DNA of 64,000 nucleotides, taken from NCBI GenBank assembly GCA_965644295.1, contig CBFFRP010000367.1:31367-95366 (forward strand), in the 5' to 3' direction. Both the position numbers and the translations under genes were made by a program. Below, in pieces: positions 1 to 13,300 of this stretch. The DNA comes from Paraphysomonas bandaiensis. Its lineage: Eukaryota; Protista; Chrysophyceae. Position 1 is the first letter of the stretch; every line of letters begins with the position of its first letter. Under the pieces are notes generated by a model. It was not told the origin of the DNA. It worked only from the letters and a program-made list of their open reading frames with translations, and searched no databases.

Positions 1-3000
1 AAATCACCTCGTTTGTCTTTGTCCAAGAAACAGAACCCTGAGGTTTCAACTAATTGTCGAACCAACTCAAGCGTTGGTTGATCTCCCCACATATTCTTTT
101 CTGGCATACTCAAGTCGTCCATAAACACAGTCATCGTCTTGCCACCAGGAGGGCCAAATGACTTTCCTCCACGCTTATCCAACTCTGATTCAAGGGTCTG
201 CTGAAACATCGCAGGAGACGTCGCCGACGAAAAACACACCTTTTTTACTTTAAAATCATCGCGCTCCCTTTGAATATCCGAGAAAAACATCAGTGCAGTT
301 GATGTCTTCGCTGTTCCCCCACTACCAGTCATCAGTGAACTTCGCCCTTGCATATGCATTTGACGCAAAAGAAAACTCGCTCTCATTGTGTCAACAGTTG
401 GTACCAACATGCTCGAAAAGTCCGGTTCTTCCAGCATTGTCGGATACGACCATACAGGAGCAGTCCACTTATCCCATTCCATCGAGTCCGGATTGACGCG
501 GTAGTCAAAAAGATTTTCATCCTCACTCTGAAAATTCGGTAATAAACTCCTATCTGACTCTGCCAAGGACATCAGATAATGACAGAATTTCGATCTATCT
601 TCAACCTCCAGAAGACCACCAACGGACCAAGTAACCGCATACAAAAAAAGTCGTTCAATTTCCTGGCGTAATTCCTCCGGACTAGTTGCAAGATCCGCGC
701 CTGTTAAAAGGGCATCCAGTAAATCGCAACAGCCAGAAATAATGCCAACGCGCGATGCTTGCATCACTGGTTTACATACTTTCGTCATAAATTGAAATAG
801 ATGTCCATAGCTTTTAGGGCCCGAGCATGACCCCACATATCTTAAGAAACATTCCTGGAATATTGGAGCCAAATTAGGGTTCTTATTTTTCAGCCATGAT
901 TGGAGCACCGGCTCCCAGTCAAGATCGCTGTCAGACACAAATATGATACCAGCTCGAGACACTGTTGCAGGTGACGCATTTCGTAAGTCTTCCACTTCGA
1001 ACATAAGCTTAACATTATCAGTCATCGGGATTCTGTCACCATTGGCTAGTGTCAAAATTTTATTGTCATCCAAAACAGTGTTCAAGTTCTCAATCCACAA
1101 AGCATCAACAGGGCCATCACAAATAATCCATTGAATGTCTTTTCTGTTGCGATCATTGAACTTTGCCCACATTGTCGCAAAAATGCCATCTAACCATTCT
1201 CCAGATAATTTGTCAGTTTCGCCAAACATTTCTTCGGCCCTGATAGCCTTTGGATTCATACGCGAACGCTTGTGACTCACGCCAGTTGTAACAGAGAGTG
1301 AGTCCTGCAAGCATGATATAATTTTACTCTTGCCAGCACCGGCAGGGCCAACCATCATGATTCCATGTCGAACGAGAGTTGTCTCATACAGCTGAATAAC
1401 CTTTATGCTCCACGAAGGGTGCAAAATCAAATTGGCACTTTCAACAGCATTTTGAAGGGCAACTTTCAGATCATTGTGTTGAACTCCAGTAGGAATGCCA
1501 AGTGCTGGAAAGAGGTCAGAAATTAGAGAAAGGAAAAGTGGAACGTCTTGTGCAACAAGTTTCGACAGATTCATATCTCTCAGGGTACTCATGAGAACTA
1601 CTTCTTCTGGGTCTTTGGGTTTGTCACGCTTTGTTTGTCCAGCTGTACGTAGAACCGACAATATATTTCGCAAGCCAAAATCATAATGCTTCTGCTGCGA
1701 CAGCTGTTGCTCACATAGATGATAAAGGACAGCAAATTTTCGGGCCAATTCAGAGAATCCTTGGTATCCGACGGAACACAACTTGACTTTTATAATGATT
1801 TCTTTGTCTGGGACCATCATTGCAACCCCTCTAAATAATGCTTTTAGATTTTCCGGGAGCTCCTGCCTTCCCTGATATCCTGGGTTCATTGTGATAAAAT
1901 ACCCAACCTGATCATTGAGATAAATCTCTTGACTATCGCCTGGAAAAGTAAAGCTATGTGAACCATTTCTTTTAGCGTTTGTAATTGCAAGAATCTGTTG
2001 GGCGACAACAGAAAGCACAGGTAACTCAATTCGATTAAACTCATCAAAGCAGCCCCACAGGCCGGCTTGGCAGAGACCTTTAAAAATCCGAGCCATATCA
2101 GTGTATCGTTGTTGGTCTGTGCAGTTAGTTACAACAACAAACACTCCAATTGCCCTCCCCAAGTCTTTGACTGTTTCCGTTTTGCCGGTACCTGCCGGAC
2201 CTGCTGGGGCTCCACCAAGACACATGCCCATGGCTTGGGAAAGAGTTATGAAACATCTATCTGTCAGAGGAGTTATAACCAGCCTCTCTTTACACCCAAG
2301 ATACTCGAACCCATATTTGTAGTCTACGTCACATATAGATATCACACACGCCCCATTTCCATGAATGTCAGAATTCTGGTTTTGCCATGAAAAGCGACAT
2401 TGCTTCAGCCACTCAAAATCGTTGGCATCGCTTAGTTTTCTCTCTTTAAACATCTTTAGTAAGTCTGCAAATACATCTCTTTGATGAACCTGAATGGTAA
2501 CCAGAGTTTCAACTTTGATTCGATTCATACGAGTGCCTAGATCTTCGAGGCACCAAGATGAGAGCTCTTGTAGAACAGACAATTGGACGCGGCTATTTTC
2601 CAACATGGCCGCTTTATTTTGCTTCGCCTTTGACAATGCATCATGGCACTGCGCCGTCCAACTTAATTGTATTCCAAGTAATGCGAATTGCCCACATGTA
2701 TCATTAACAAATGATCGTAGTTGCTTTGACATACATTCCATCGCGCAAATCTCACACAAGTTTTTCATTGAACGCTGCATTTCTGATTCAATTACACCGA
2801 GCCAATCTTCGATGTTACCCTGTGCTTTCACAGGTGTAGATAACTCAACCGTTTCCTTCGCCTGGCCGATAGACGATTGGAATTGAACGATAAGCGACCT
2901 GTCAGACTTGCTATGAGTAACCCTATCGATACTGTCAAACACCTTCTCGTAGTATGGCTGCATCTGCTGAGGATCAGAACCTTGACTCAGAATCAATAGC

Positions 3001-6000
3001 AATACTGGGTTGGAAACAAAATAAAACCGAGGAAACTTTCCTCGCTTTTGCTCCAAGTACCCCTCTAGTGACTTCTGACATTTCTCAAGCTCACTGTACA
3101 ACGCGGGTAAAGTGATTCTCAGAAGTTCATTGCTACAACACTGCACCACTAGCTTGGTTTCAGATGCACGATGCATTAACTTTTCCCAGTCCTTGTTAAT
3201 TTTAGCAAACTTCTTCGCTTCAATAGGCATTTGTTTCGCAATGTCCCCACCAAGAAACACACTCTCAAGAGAAGTCCATAACATTTGTACCTTAACCCAC
3301 ATTTCCAGTATATCGGCAGTATCAGATAGTTGTGTCAGGAAACGCTGAACTTCATCTTTAAATGGGGCTACGTGCCTGACACTCAGTAGAGTTTGCAACT
3401 GAAGTTGCGCTTCCTCGAGTTCTTCGATGACAAATCCAAACGCTTTGAGAACGGGAACATCTCTATTCTTCCACACCGCAAATTCGAAACACGCTCCTTG
3501 CCAATGCTCTTTTAAATCAGTTACTTTCTTTTCAATTTGTAGCTGCTTGTCTGCGCCGTCACAAACTTCTTCCACCGCATCTTTAATTTCAAGAATAGTT
3601 GATTGCCAAATGTGAGCTAGGCTGAACTCAGGATCACTGTAGGGTATCTTCTTACTCATATAAGAATTAATTTCATCCCAGTGACGTGGCTTGATGGACG
3701 GTTTGCTCATTTCCGTCAGAAGAGGAGTGAGTGTTGCCAAGTCTGTGATGGTACCCCTCACTTCAGCGTACGCAGGCCACTCCCGTAGCCTTTTAGGTAG
3801 TTTCTTGCAGCGAGAATCGTAGCCGTTGGCTGTATCTGCTATTATGGGTACATTATCAGCGACCTCATCCCAGGGTATTTTTTTCCATGCATTGACACTT
3901 GTCGTCACATCCACGTAAAGGCCATACAGCTGATCCAGCAACTGAATCTCTTTACGAGTCTTAACAAGCTCATTGAACCTTGTTGGGCGTAAAGCAAATA
4001 GCTCTTCACCTGCCCTATAAGTATCCATCTTACGCTCACGGACACTCAGCTCGTCTTTGAACTTTTTCAAACGTTCGACACCAATAGCTGGCTGAATGTT
4101 GGGTTGCATCGGTCCATTGGTCTCAAAATCCTTCCGCATTCCCCTCACATCGATTGCAAATTCACGAATGTCCCATATAAGCTGCTTCTTGTACACACCT
4201 TGAATAGAGCTCAAATTGTCTGCTACAAACTCAGCATACTCTATTAGCTTTCGCCACGACACCCGTACAGTAGACTTCTGCTCAATTTCTTCTTTATCCA
4301 CTACCCCTCCAGGAAGGTAATGTTCAAGCATTTGATACATATCCAAAATTGGAGTAATCTCCATATCAATCGATGACTCTTTCTCACGGACCTCTTTCAA
4401 AACATTCATCACGTATCTGAGAGAATCCAATGATTGTACATCGAGACTAAGCTTATTTGTTGTCACTCTCATGTACTCGAACAGGTTATACATACTCTCT
4501 TTTGCCTGTAAATGCACCTTGTTGGAATATAGAACTTTCCATTGCCTTGACTCATTTCGCAGCTGCAACTTAAGATTGGAGGTGTTGAGCATCAGTGCTC
4601 CAATGCTAAATACAGGCGCAATATGTTCAATATCTTGCTCGACCGCCATGAATTTCTTTAACTCCTCTTCGAAATCACTGATAGAAGGCTTCTTAGAGAT
4701 AAAGCGTTTGTACTCAACCTCTTTATCCTCCTTCCACAACCAGTCATATTTGCTGAATGTGGACAAGTAGTCATGAACTTGGTTTTTTGTTCCATGCATG
4801 GCGCCTGTCAACAGTAAAACTGTCTTTATTATCTCAATGTCACAGCCAAGGTACGAAAAAAAAGATTTTCTTTTATTCTCTGGCACTTGCTGTTGCCCCC
4901 ACTGCCACATAGCTTTCGAACACCCTAGCACAGCGACAGCAGCTCTGTTGATAGCCTTCTGAATGTCATCCAGCGAAGGACTCAAGCGTACAGAGGGCGC
5001 CGAAAGCTGCACATCGACTTCAAAAAAGGGCTTCTGTACGTTGAAAATCCCTGTCCCTGTCCTAGAGCATGTACGCTTCTTGATGTGATCGAAAGAAGTA
5101 CGTGTACAATTCAATAAAGCCTGGTACGTAAGAGATATAAAGTGCTTCTCAACTTCTAATATTTCATCCTGGGATACGGGGGCAACGCTTGGGTCGATCG
5201 GAAGACTGCTCATCAGGGTAAACAGGTCTTGGACAGCGTTCTCTACCTCTAGGTCTTTGCTCACCAAATAAACTGAATTCTGTCTTACAGCCGTTTCTTG
5301 CATTTGAACGAACTCGTCTAGAGTGAGGCTCTTGTCCTGAGGTAGCTTGACTAATATGGCTCTGCTTATAGATTTGAGATTTTTCTGAATTCGGTTCTCA
5401 ACAATATCGTTAATCTTGGTAACCAAGTCCTCTAGCTTCGCGAGTCCTTCGTGAATATGGGCTTTGTAGCTATCTATGTTCATGGAAGTCCAAGTAAGTG
5501 TCGTCATTCCTGGTCTTAGCTTAAGCTCAAGGGTCTGTAGATGAGGCTCTAACATATTGCGGGTCACAGGAATAATTTTCATTGTAATACGCTCATACTC
5601 CGACAAAATATATTTGAGGTCATGATAGTAGTTCTTGAACTTATCTTCTTGCAGTAGCACCATCTTCCCTCCCTCTGGAATATCCACGTCTAGCTTCGCT
5701 AAACACTTGGCCTCCCGAATAAGTTGAAAGAGCTCCTGGTCGAAGTTCACGTAGAGTTTTCCGGTAGTTGGGTGTCGAATGATGAGAGTCGCATGAAGCC
5801 CTGCCTTCGCTTGTTCTATACTCGAGCACCAGGCTTCGTACCACAGATACTCGAAGGCAATTAGAGTCCTTGCAACCTTGTTATACGTACGAATGATTTT
5901 TTTTGATTCCTTAGGGGCTAGTACAGAAGGGTTACCCTGAAATTTCTTCATTGGGTCCTCTATCTTTCGCAGCAAGTGTCTAGCCCAAGCGATGTTTCCG

Positions 6001-7833
6001 GCAACAGGAGGCATGTTGCGGGGAATGGGAGGGTTATGCTTCAGTTTCTCATACAGTTGTTCCACACGGGTCAGCTCCAAACCATAGTTGTGAAATATAA
6101 CCGTGAGCTTTGAATCCAAATCTTTGCGCAGGTTCTCCCTATGTAGAATGGATTGATACTTTTTCAAGAGCGAAAGGGATTGCTCAATGCTGCTTATGTT
6201 CTCAAAGGAACGGTTGATGAAGTGTTGCAAGGAGGATTCCAATTCGTTCATCTTCACATTAAAATCAACGTAGTCTCTATCAAAACGATTGCTGTGGAAA
6301 TCAAGCAAATCGTGTCCTTTAGAGCGAAACTGGCGTACTATCTCCGTAAAAGCAGTCAAAAGAGGCTCCAGCCCCTCGAACTTTTGTTGTGCCAAGCTCT
6401 TAAACTGCTGCATTGTTGAGAACATATCCATCAACTTAATAAGACGACGGCAAAATAGATCAAATTTTCCAAATATCTGCGTTTCCGAGAAATCAAATTG
6501 ACGGCCTTTCGGCATCATCATGAGCTTGTCCTTGGTGATACGATACTGGTCTTGATACTCCTCATTTAACTGTAGACAGTTCTCAATGACCTCAAGTACT
6601 ACAGCCAAATCTCTGTCCCATAGACGATCGGGTGGGTCTTTTGCATTTATAGCGACTTTACATGTTGCAATCATTTGGTTAGTGATCTTCATGAACAACT
6701 TGGTCATTCTCTCCGTCGTGCTAAAGTACCTAGCAATTGTGTGGATCATCTTTATCGCATTCATTAGTGCTGGTAAGGTGTCGATAATAGCAGCGGGGTT
6801 GTTCCCATACAAGGGATCAAAGAATCGTTCAAGGGTAGAAAGGTATTTTACGTTATCCTTGGCTTCGTTGGCGGCTTCCGTGATGTGAATATCGATCTCA
6901 CGCCACTGTGCAAGCAGAGACTGTGCCCGCTGGACATCCACCATTGAACTAACCCCAGAAGATGAATCACCAGCGCCACGAACAACAACAGCAAGAAGTG
7001 AAAGGACTGACTTGACACCCTTACTCTTTAACTGCTCCGTGATGGATGTCAGTCTAAATGCACCACAGTATTATAAAACGCATTAGCATTTCACAATGAC
7101 GTCTTTTCTCTTACCTCTGCATTCGACTACGCCAATATTCCAGCTCTGTATCAGGACCAGAATCAGCGGTTTCCCAGCGGTTCCTATCACTATCTTCAAG
7201 GTAGTGCTCAATATTTCGGCACCAATCTTGTAGAAGGTTAATGCATCCTGTAACTAGCACTACATCGCTCGTTGCAGCGTTGCCCATCACCTCAACCCTT
7301 TCATCAGGCTTTCGAAGCTCTAACCCACCGCTCAAGCTTCTTATGCTTTCCTGTAGACCCTTACAAAACGAATCAATCCCCAGTAAAAACTCCTGCCTCT
7401 GTTCTTCTGAGGCCTGACCCCATGTGTCTTTTCCAAGATCTTGTATGAGTGGCCGATAAACACAGCGCATCACAGCCTCCAGTGACTCTATAGGGTTTCG
7501 TATTACACCAAAGCTAATCGCACCATCATTTGCTTTCGTCGGATCTACGGCAAAATGATTATCGTTATCTTTGCCGCGTTTGTTCTTCATGAAATACACC
7601 CCAGCAGCTTTCAACGTCTTGAAGTCCCTGGAATAAACAGTTAGCCTTTCTCTTCCACTTTCATCTGAGTCAATTGTGATTAATATTTTAGTTGGGCCAT
7701 CAGCTGAAAAAAAATATTTAATATCGCTCAAGACTTCTGGGAGAAGCATCATTTGCTCAATGTCATTCTCATCTCGCTCGAATCCTTCAGCAAGTCTGCT
7801 GATTATGTAGCGATGTCGAGCTAAGATGGACAT
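1..7833 (-). CDS. DNAH5: Axonemal dynein heavy chain, outer-arm gamma (DNAH5/8-like); 5' part, continues past window start
   Basis: Exon 1 runs 7833-7115, then a GT-AG intron 7114-7054, then one exon open to base 1. Motifs: GPDTELEYWRSRMQRLTSITEQLK; AAA1 P-loop GPAGTGKTETVKDLG (~2165-2210); WGCFDEFNRI; AAA2 GPAGAGKS (~1330-1352); WIICDGPVDALWIENLNTVLDDNKILTLANGDRI; AAA3 GGTAKT (~305-325). Confidence 0.93.
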
Positions 7834-8304
7834 CTTCAAACAACCCCCCAATATCTAGTGAAGGTCTGTGAGCTTAATATGATAGTAATTATAAGTGGAC
7901 TCAATAAGGTTACAGTGCTGTTCAAAGTCCACTTCCAGACTTCTAATATGGATCCATATACACATACATAACCCAACACATACACATCTCACCTGTCAGT
8001 TTCGCGGCCAACTCATCATAATTCAATGACTTTTTCAGTTTCATGTCCGCTGAATCTTTGCGTCATATCTACTACATCTTCATGCATGTATATATACAAT
8101 GTATTCTTTGAGTGTATTATATGTGACATCTGTGTATGGGTCTGCTGCTCGTGAGTACTCGAGGTGGTAGTTAACACAGCGAGATGTAGACTATGCATAT
8201 GATGACATCTACAGCCATACCATCACAAGCACAGGCTCTGTCCATCTCATTCGACAACTCTAAATATAGCCTGCTATTTGTCTTCGATTCGGCATCACCA
8301 AGCA

Positions 8305-8726
8305 ATGATTCGTGCTCAAAAACTGCCGGAAATTTTGCAGGGCGTCCTCGCTGACGGCATCTACGGGGCGGTGCTGATGACCTCAGAGGGAAGCGTTATA
8401 AGCTCCAAGTTCGCGGAAGGGCCAGCCTCTCCACTATCTGAGACTGTACTAGCAGCTATCACGTCTAGCATATGGTCAAATTATTCTCAAGGTTGGTTCA
8501 GGTGTTTATGTTTCTTATGGTTAGGTTACCAAATGACACCACAGGTAGCTCTGACGTGAATGTACTAATACAAAAAATGGAGGATGGTGTCATCGGGGTA
8601 TCCACAACTCACCGTGGTTACATAGTAGCGATTGCAGGGGATAGGGATGCAGCAATTGGAATGGTCCGTGGTCGCCTTGAAGCTGTGTGCAACTACTTCT
8701 CTAGGGTGTTCGACCAGTTAAAGTAG
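8305..8726 (+). CDS. LAMTOR2: Roadblock/LC7-domain protein, Ragulator subunit LAMTOR2-like (2 exons)
   Basis: MIRAQKLPEILQGVLADGIYGAVLMTSEGS...LAAITSSIWSNY; intron ~8492-8544; exon 2 ...GMVRGRLEAVCNYF. Confidence 0.8.
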
Positions 8727-10333
8727 GCACTTGAAACGTGCACCCACGATTAGTTTGCAATGTTCTCTTATATTTGCCCATGCTGATTGAAATTAGAATT
8801 TTTTCAGAAGAAAGGTGTATTAGCTGTAAATGCTGGTTCCATTTTCGTGTGAAGGTACTGCGACGCAAGTACTTTCATGGTCAGTAGATAGGTGAGTGAT
8901 ATTTATGACTTATAATAATACCTTTTAGTTATATACAGTTTTAAATAAGAATCTTAGCAGCTACCCCTTGCATACTCTGTAGTAATATAGGAATGTCGCT
9001 ACTCAGCTGAATATTATTTATTGTGAATAAATAAAATCATTTTATTATGAAAGCACAACTCATCCGCGGTACTAAATGGATGACTAGGACTGAGTTTCGA
9101 AAAAATAGGTTACAATATGTATTATGTATGCTATATATATTAAATTTATGTGATACTACTTAAAGCGGTAGAGGTGTTGCCGTACTCGTAGAGTTGCAAC
9201 GCAAGTAAGGTTGCTCAACCCGTAACTACATCTAATTTTTAAGATAAGCTCCATTTTTCTTAGGTAACGGTAAGACCTGGTTAAATACTCAGCGTCCGTA
9301 GGCCTGGACCTAGATAGGTCATTCATATGCTTTTGTCGTGATCAGATAAAGGCAACTCAATATTTCCTTCCCCATAACAGAAAGACGGTGTAGCGTCAAT
9401 CCTGGAGTTGGTGAGACAATTTCAACTCGACGACTTTGGTACCCGCATGTGTAGATCATGAAATATATGTCAATTGTGGACTAGGTGAACTTATAACGGA
9501 GCATTGTTTACGTACAAGCTCCAGATCTTACACAATATGAATGGAATCGAATTCGCTAGCCTAAAATCTTTTTCCAGATCTAGTGGATCAAGTTTTTGGT
9601 TTTCCATGTCGGGTGGTGGACTGCTCTGCACTTCGACGGTTTATTAGAAAGGGCGACACCTTCATACTAACGAAAAACGAAAAGTGTTACGATGTAGCTT
9701 CCTTCATCAGTTGAGGATTTTGGCGCCGGTGCCGGTGTTGATCGTTGATCTTATTATGTTGAGTTTTACGTCCTTAAAAATAGCTGTATTTTAGGGTATT
9801 GAATAATAACCATTGAATAAAGAATACAGGAGCACAAGACAGTATTATTAAATAATGTAAATTAGGTTAGACAATCTACAATATATTGGCTGTATAAAAT
9901 CGTGTCGATAAAAGATCGTAATAAGTTGGTACGTAGTTGTGACAACATCGATATACTGTAGGAAAGAAGAAAGTAAACGATGAGAAATGATTACCACAAG
10001 TTTACTTGATTGAGAGTGTGTTGTATTTCAAGTTCAGTTGCTACTTCCAGTGTTCGATGTCAAATTCTGTTAGTGTGAGAGTGACATTCATTACAGTTTG
10101 CTCACATCAAATAATATGTTAGAGTTTGAAGGTTAGGTTAGATTCATACACACTGTCTGTCTGTCTGTGCTGTCTGTGAATTTTACCACATGCTATTCCA
10201 AATAGAAATACGTAGCTATATATCAACGGCAGCTTATTTGTTTTCGATATCACACCATTAATATCTTACTCAAATCTTTTCTAACATAATCGGAACTAAC
10301 TATGTACATGTAGCCGGAAGCATATAGCCCCAC

Positions 10334-13300
10334 TCATATTGTTGAGGTATGCATTTGTTGTTGAATTTCCAACAAAAACTCCAGCGCTACCGTTGCACCT
10401 AAGTCTTTCTTGCATTCGAGATTTTTCACTGCAGTTTCTACTACACTCTCAGCCTGAGGAAGTGACGTTAAAATGTTTTTTCCTCCGGTGTTCTGCGTAC
10501 TTTCCACAACACACATCAGTATGGAAGCAGTCCCAATGCAAGATGGAAACTTCGACATCAGCTCAAGAGAAAAATTAACAAGAGGAAGAATATTCTGCGA
10601 CTCTTCCCCTGAGTCCATATTCTCTACATTTCCAGTACACTTTAAGTAATTTGCAACAAGCTCGGCAGTTTTGTTTATCAGGTTTTCCCTCAACTCCACT
10701 TCTTCTTCGTCGTCCTCATCAGAAGAGACTTTCAACAACTCCTCAATAAATACCAAAGGTACATCTACACCACCAAAAACGGAGACGTCTTGATCGTGAT
10801 CCTGCCCAACAAGAGAAACTAAGGCACTACAACAACAGAGGCATGACTCCATAGCACTATCTCCGCAGGTTTGCACCCCAGTGGAAAGGCCACTGAGCCT
10901 TCTTGAAGACGTGTGGAGAGAGGTCATGTCAAATTCATGTAATTGAGACATAAGAGTCACAAAAGTATCTATTAATATCTTGACCCAGCCTGCTGATATC
11001 AAATTATCCCTGACACTCTTCGTAATACTTAAGGAAGCGATACATTTGCACACCATAGTGGTAATGCGGGTGTCAGACACTTCCAATCTATTCGCGGGGT
11101 CGTTGTTAACTTTGTGTAGCACTTCTACAAGGGGAATATATACCTCACATTCTGCAAACATGAGACAGTTCGCAGTATTCTCATTCGACAGTAAAAATAT
11201 GACCTCCACACAAGCTTCGAAAACAACTTTCCACTTCTGTGTAATGTCACCAAGGTACTTCTTCAACACAGTAACGATGACTTCGCAACCACCACTGGAA
11301 CCAATCATGGACTGGACCTCCCTCGAGTTTCCAGCCAAGAGTCTCAATAATTCTAAGCACTCCAGCGTGACAGATTCAAGGAGGTAATGGGTGCGTAAGC
11401 AATTCACTGCAGCTTCGCATGCCCTACTCCAGTCGGAAATGGGGTTATCAGTACAATCATGACGATGATATACCTCAGAAAGGATGCTGCAACAATGCTC
11501 TGAAATAATGTCACTTACAAAGTGTGATAGTAGCGCATTTACAACAGCGTCATACAAATTACTTAATGGCCCGATAGCACCTTCAATATAACTTGATTCC
11601 ATGCTGCTGTGGTAGAAAAAGAACCGCGAAATGGCGATACTTGAATACTCCACCACACCTTCCTCGTTCGAGTTGCGTACTAATGATGACACAAGTAATT
11701 TAAATACCCCAACTTCAGATAGCTTCTCAATATTATACTTCGGAAGTGGGTCTGCATTTTGATTGCCAATAAGCTCAGATATGGCAGCAGTACACTGCTC
11801 TAACACAGAAGCATTCCCGTCCTTATACAATTCAAACCCAGTTACAACAATATCACAAGCCCCGAGAGAGCCGAGGGCCACAGCGTTCTCAGTATTGACG
11901 TGGCAGAGATTCCTTATGGCCCAGCATCCTTGCTCCACAATGACAGAACTATTCATATGATGACGCATAAGCTGTAGCATCAACTTGAACAGTGGCACGT
12001 TGGACAGGGCAGTGATACTATATTCGTGGTGATCATCTGTGAGGTTCACAATTGCCATTAAACCCAATTCGGATATGGTAAGACTCTGAGTAAGACGTTG
12101 TAACACTCTAGTCATGACAACGACTATTCCTCCATCACAGAGGCTGCATTTGTTTACATCATTGTGATCTGCAAGGTTTACAACTGCTCCGATGGCTAAT
12201 TCGATGACATTTTCATCCATCTCATAACGCGACATGGCGCTAATGACCGCTGTGCACCCTCCACATTTCCCTAGAAGAGCCTTGTTTCTATCATCAATTG
12301 CTAAATTCATAATTGCCCAACATGCGTTTCTGACAACACTACTTGAGTTCAAATGGTTAGTTAGCGCACTGATAACCCCTTCACATGATTTAGATTGACC
12401 CAAACTGCTCTTTGCGCTGTCCTCTGACGCCATACTGAGAACAATTTGGCAGCAGTGATCAACTACAGTGACATCACTTTCATACTGGGAAAGTACATTC
12501 CCCACCACTTCACAAACACCCGCCTCTTCTAATACAGTAATATTCTGTGATACTGAAGCCAAGACCGCAAGACACTCGCACACCGCTTCTACGACGTTGC
12601 GTCGTTTATCGTTATTTACAGTGGAGAGAAGGTTATCGCCAAGTACACTAGACTCATCCAGACAATACCTCTGCAGTAAAGCAACACTAGTTTCAGAGAA
12701 TCCGCAGTTCCCAATAATGACTGCATCGCCATCGTGAGATAAGCACATATTCGTGAGTGCCTTACAACCCTCCACTGTAATTTCAGCATTGTCATCATCA
12801 CTTTCATGAGCCCGTAGAGATCTCACTACCTTTTCAGCAGCATTGCAGTTTACAAAATCGGTCTTGAGCTTATCATTGCCCTGTATATGGGCGATGGATG
12901 ATATACGACTGATCACGCGACACGCTGATAATGTCACATGCGCATCTGTGAGATAAGCCACCAGACATTCCACCACATACTCACACAGACCTTTTGCATT
13001 CAAACTAGCCATTTGGTTTTCAAATCGACAATCCAACATCGAGTCTAACAGAAGGAAGAGTATACCGAGACAACGTATTACCAACTCTTTTCGACCAGTG
13101 TGTGCCCTAAGCACTCTCACCAGGACTGCTATCCAATTTCTTGGTGGGGAAATATCTGTAGAAGAACCAAGAAGATATGGAGATCGGCCCGACTTCCCGC
13201 ATGTGTGAAGAGAATACCCTACAAGAATTAGCGAAGCTTCCACAACGTCTGTATCATCATACAGGTGTTCCAGAACACGACACATAATATGGTCGAATGA

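Noticed and set aside
293-6888. Many plus-strand short ORFs over the dynein gene (likewise over the ARM, MPS1 and propeller genes)
   Set aside because: They are antisense or alternative-frame shadows of long genuine coding exons.
9160-9700. Coding-like intergenic stretch with a TYLG word on the minus strand (possible RT relic)
   Set aside because: There are multiple stops and no further RT motifs; it cannot be supported without a search.
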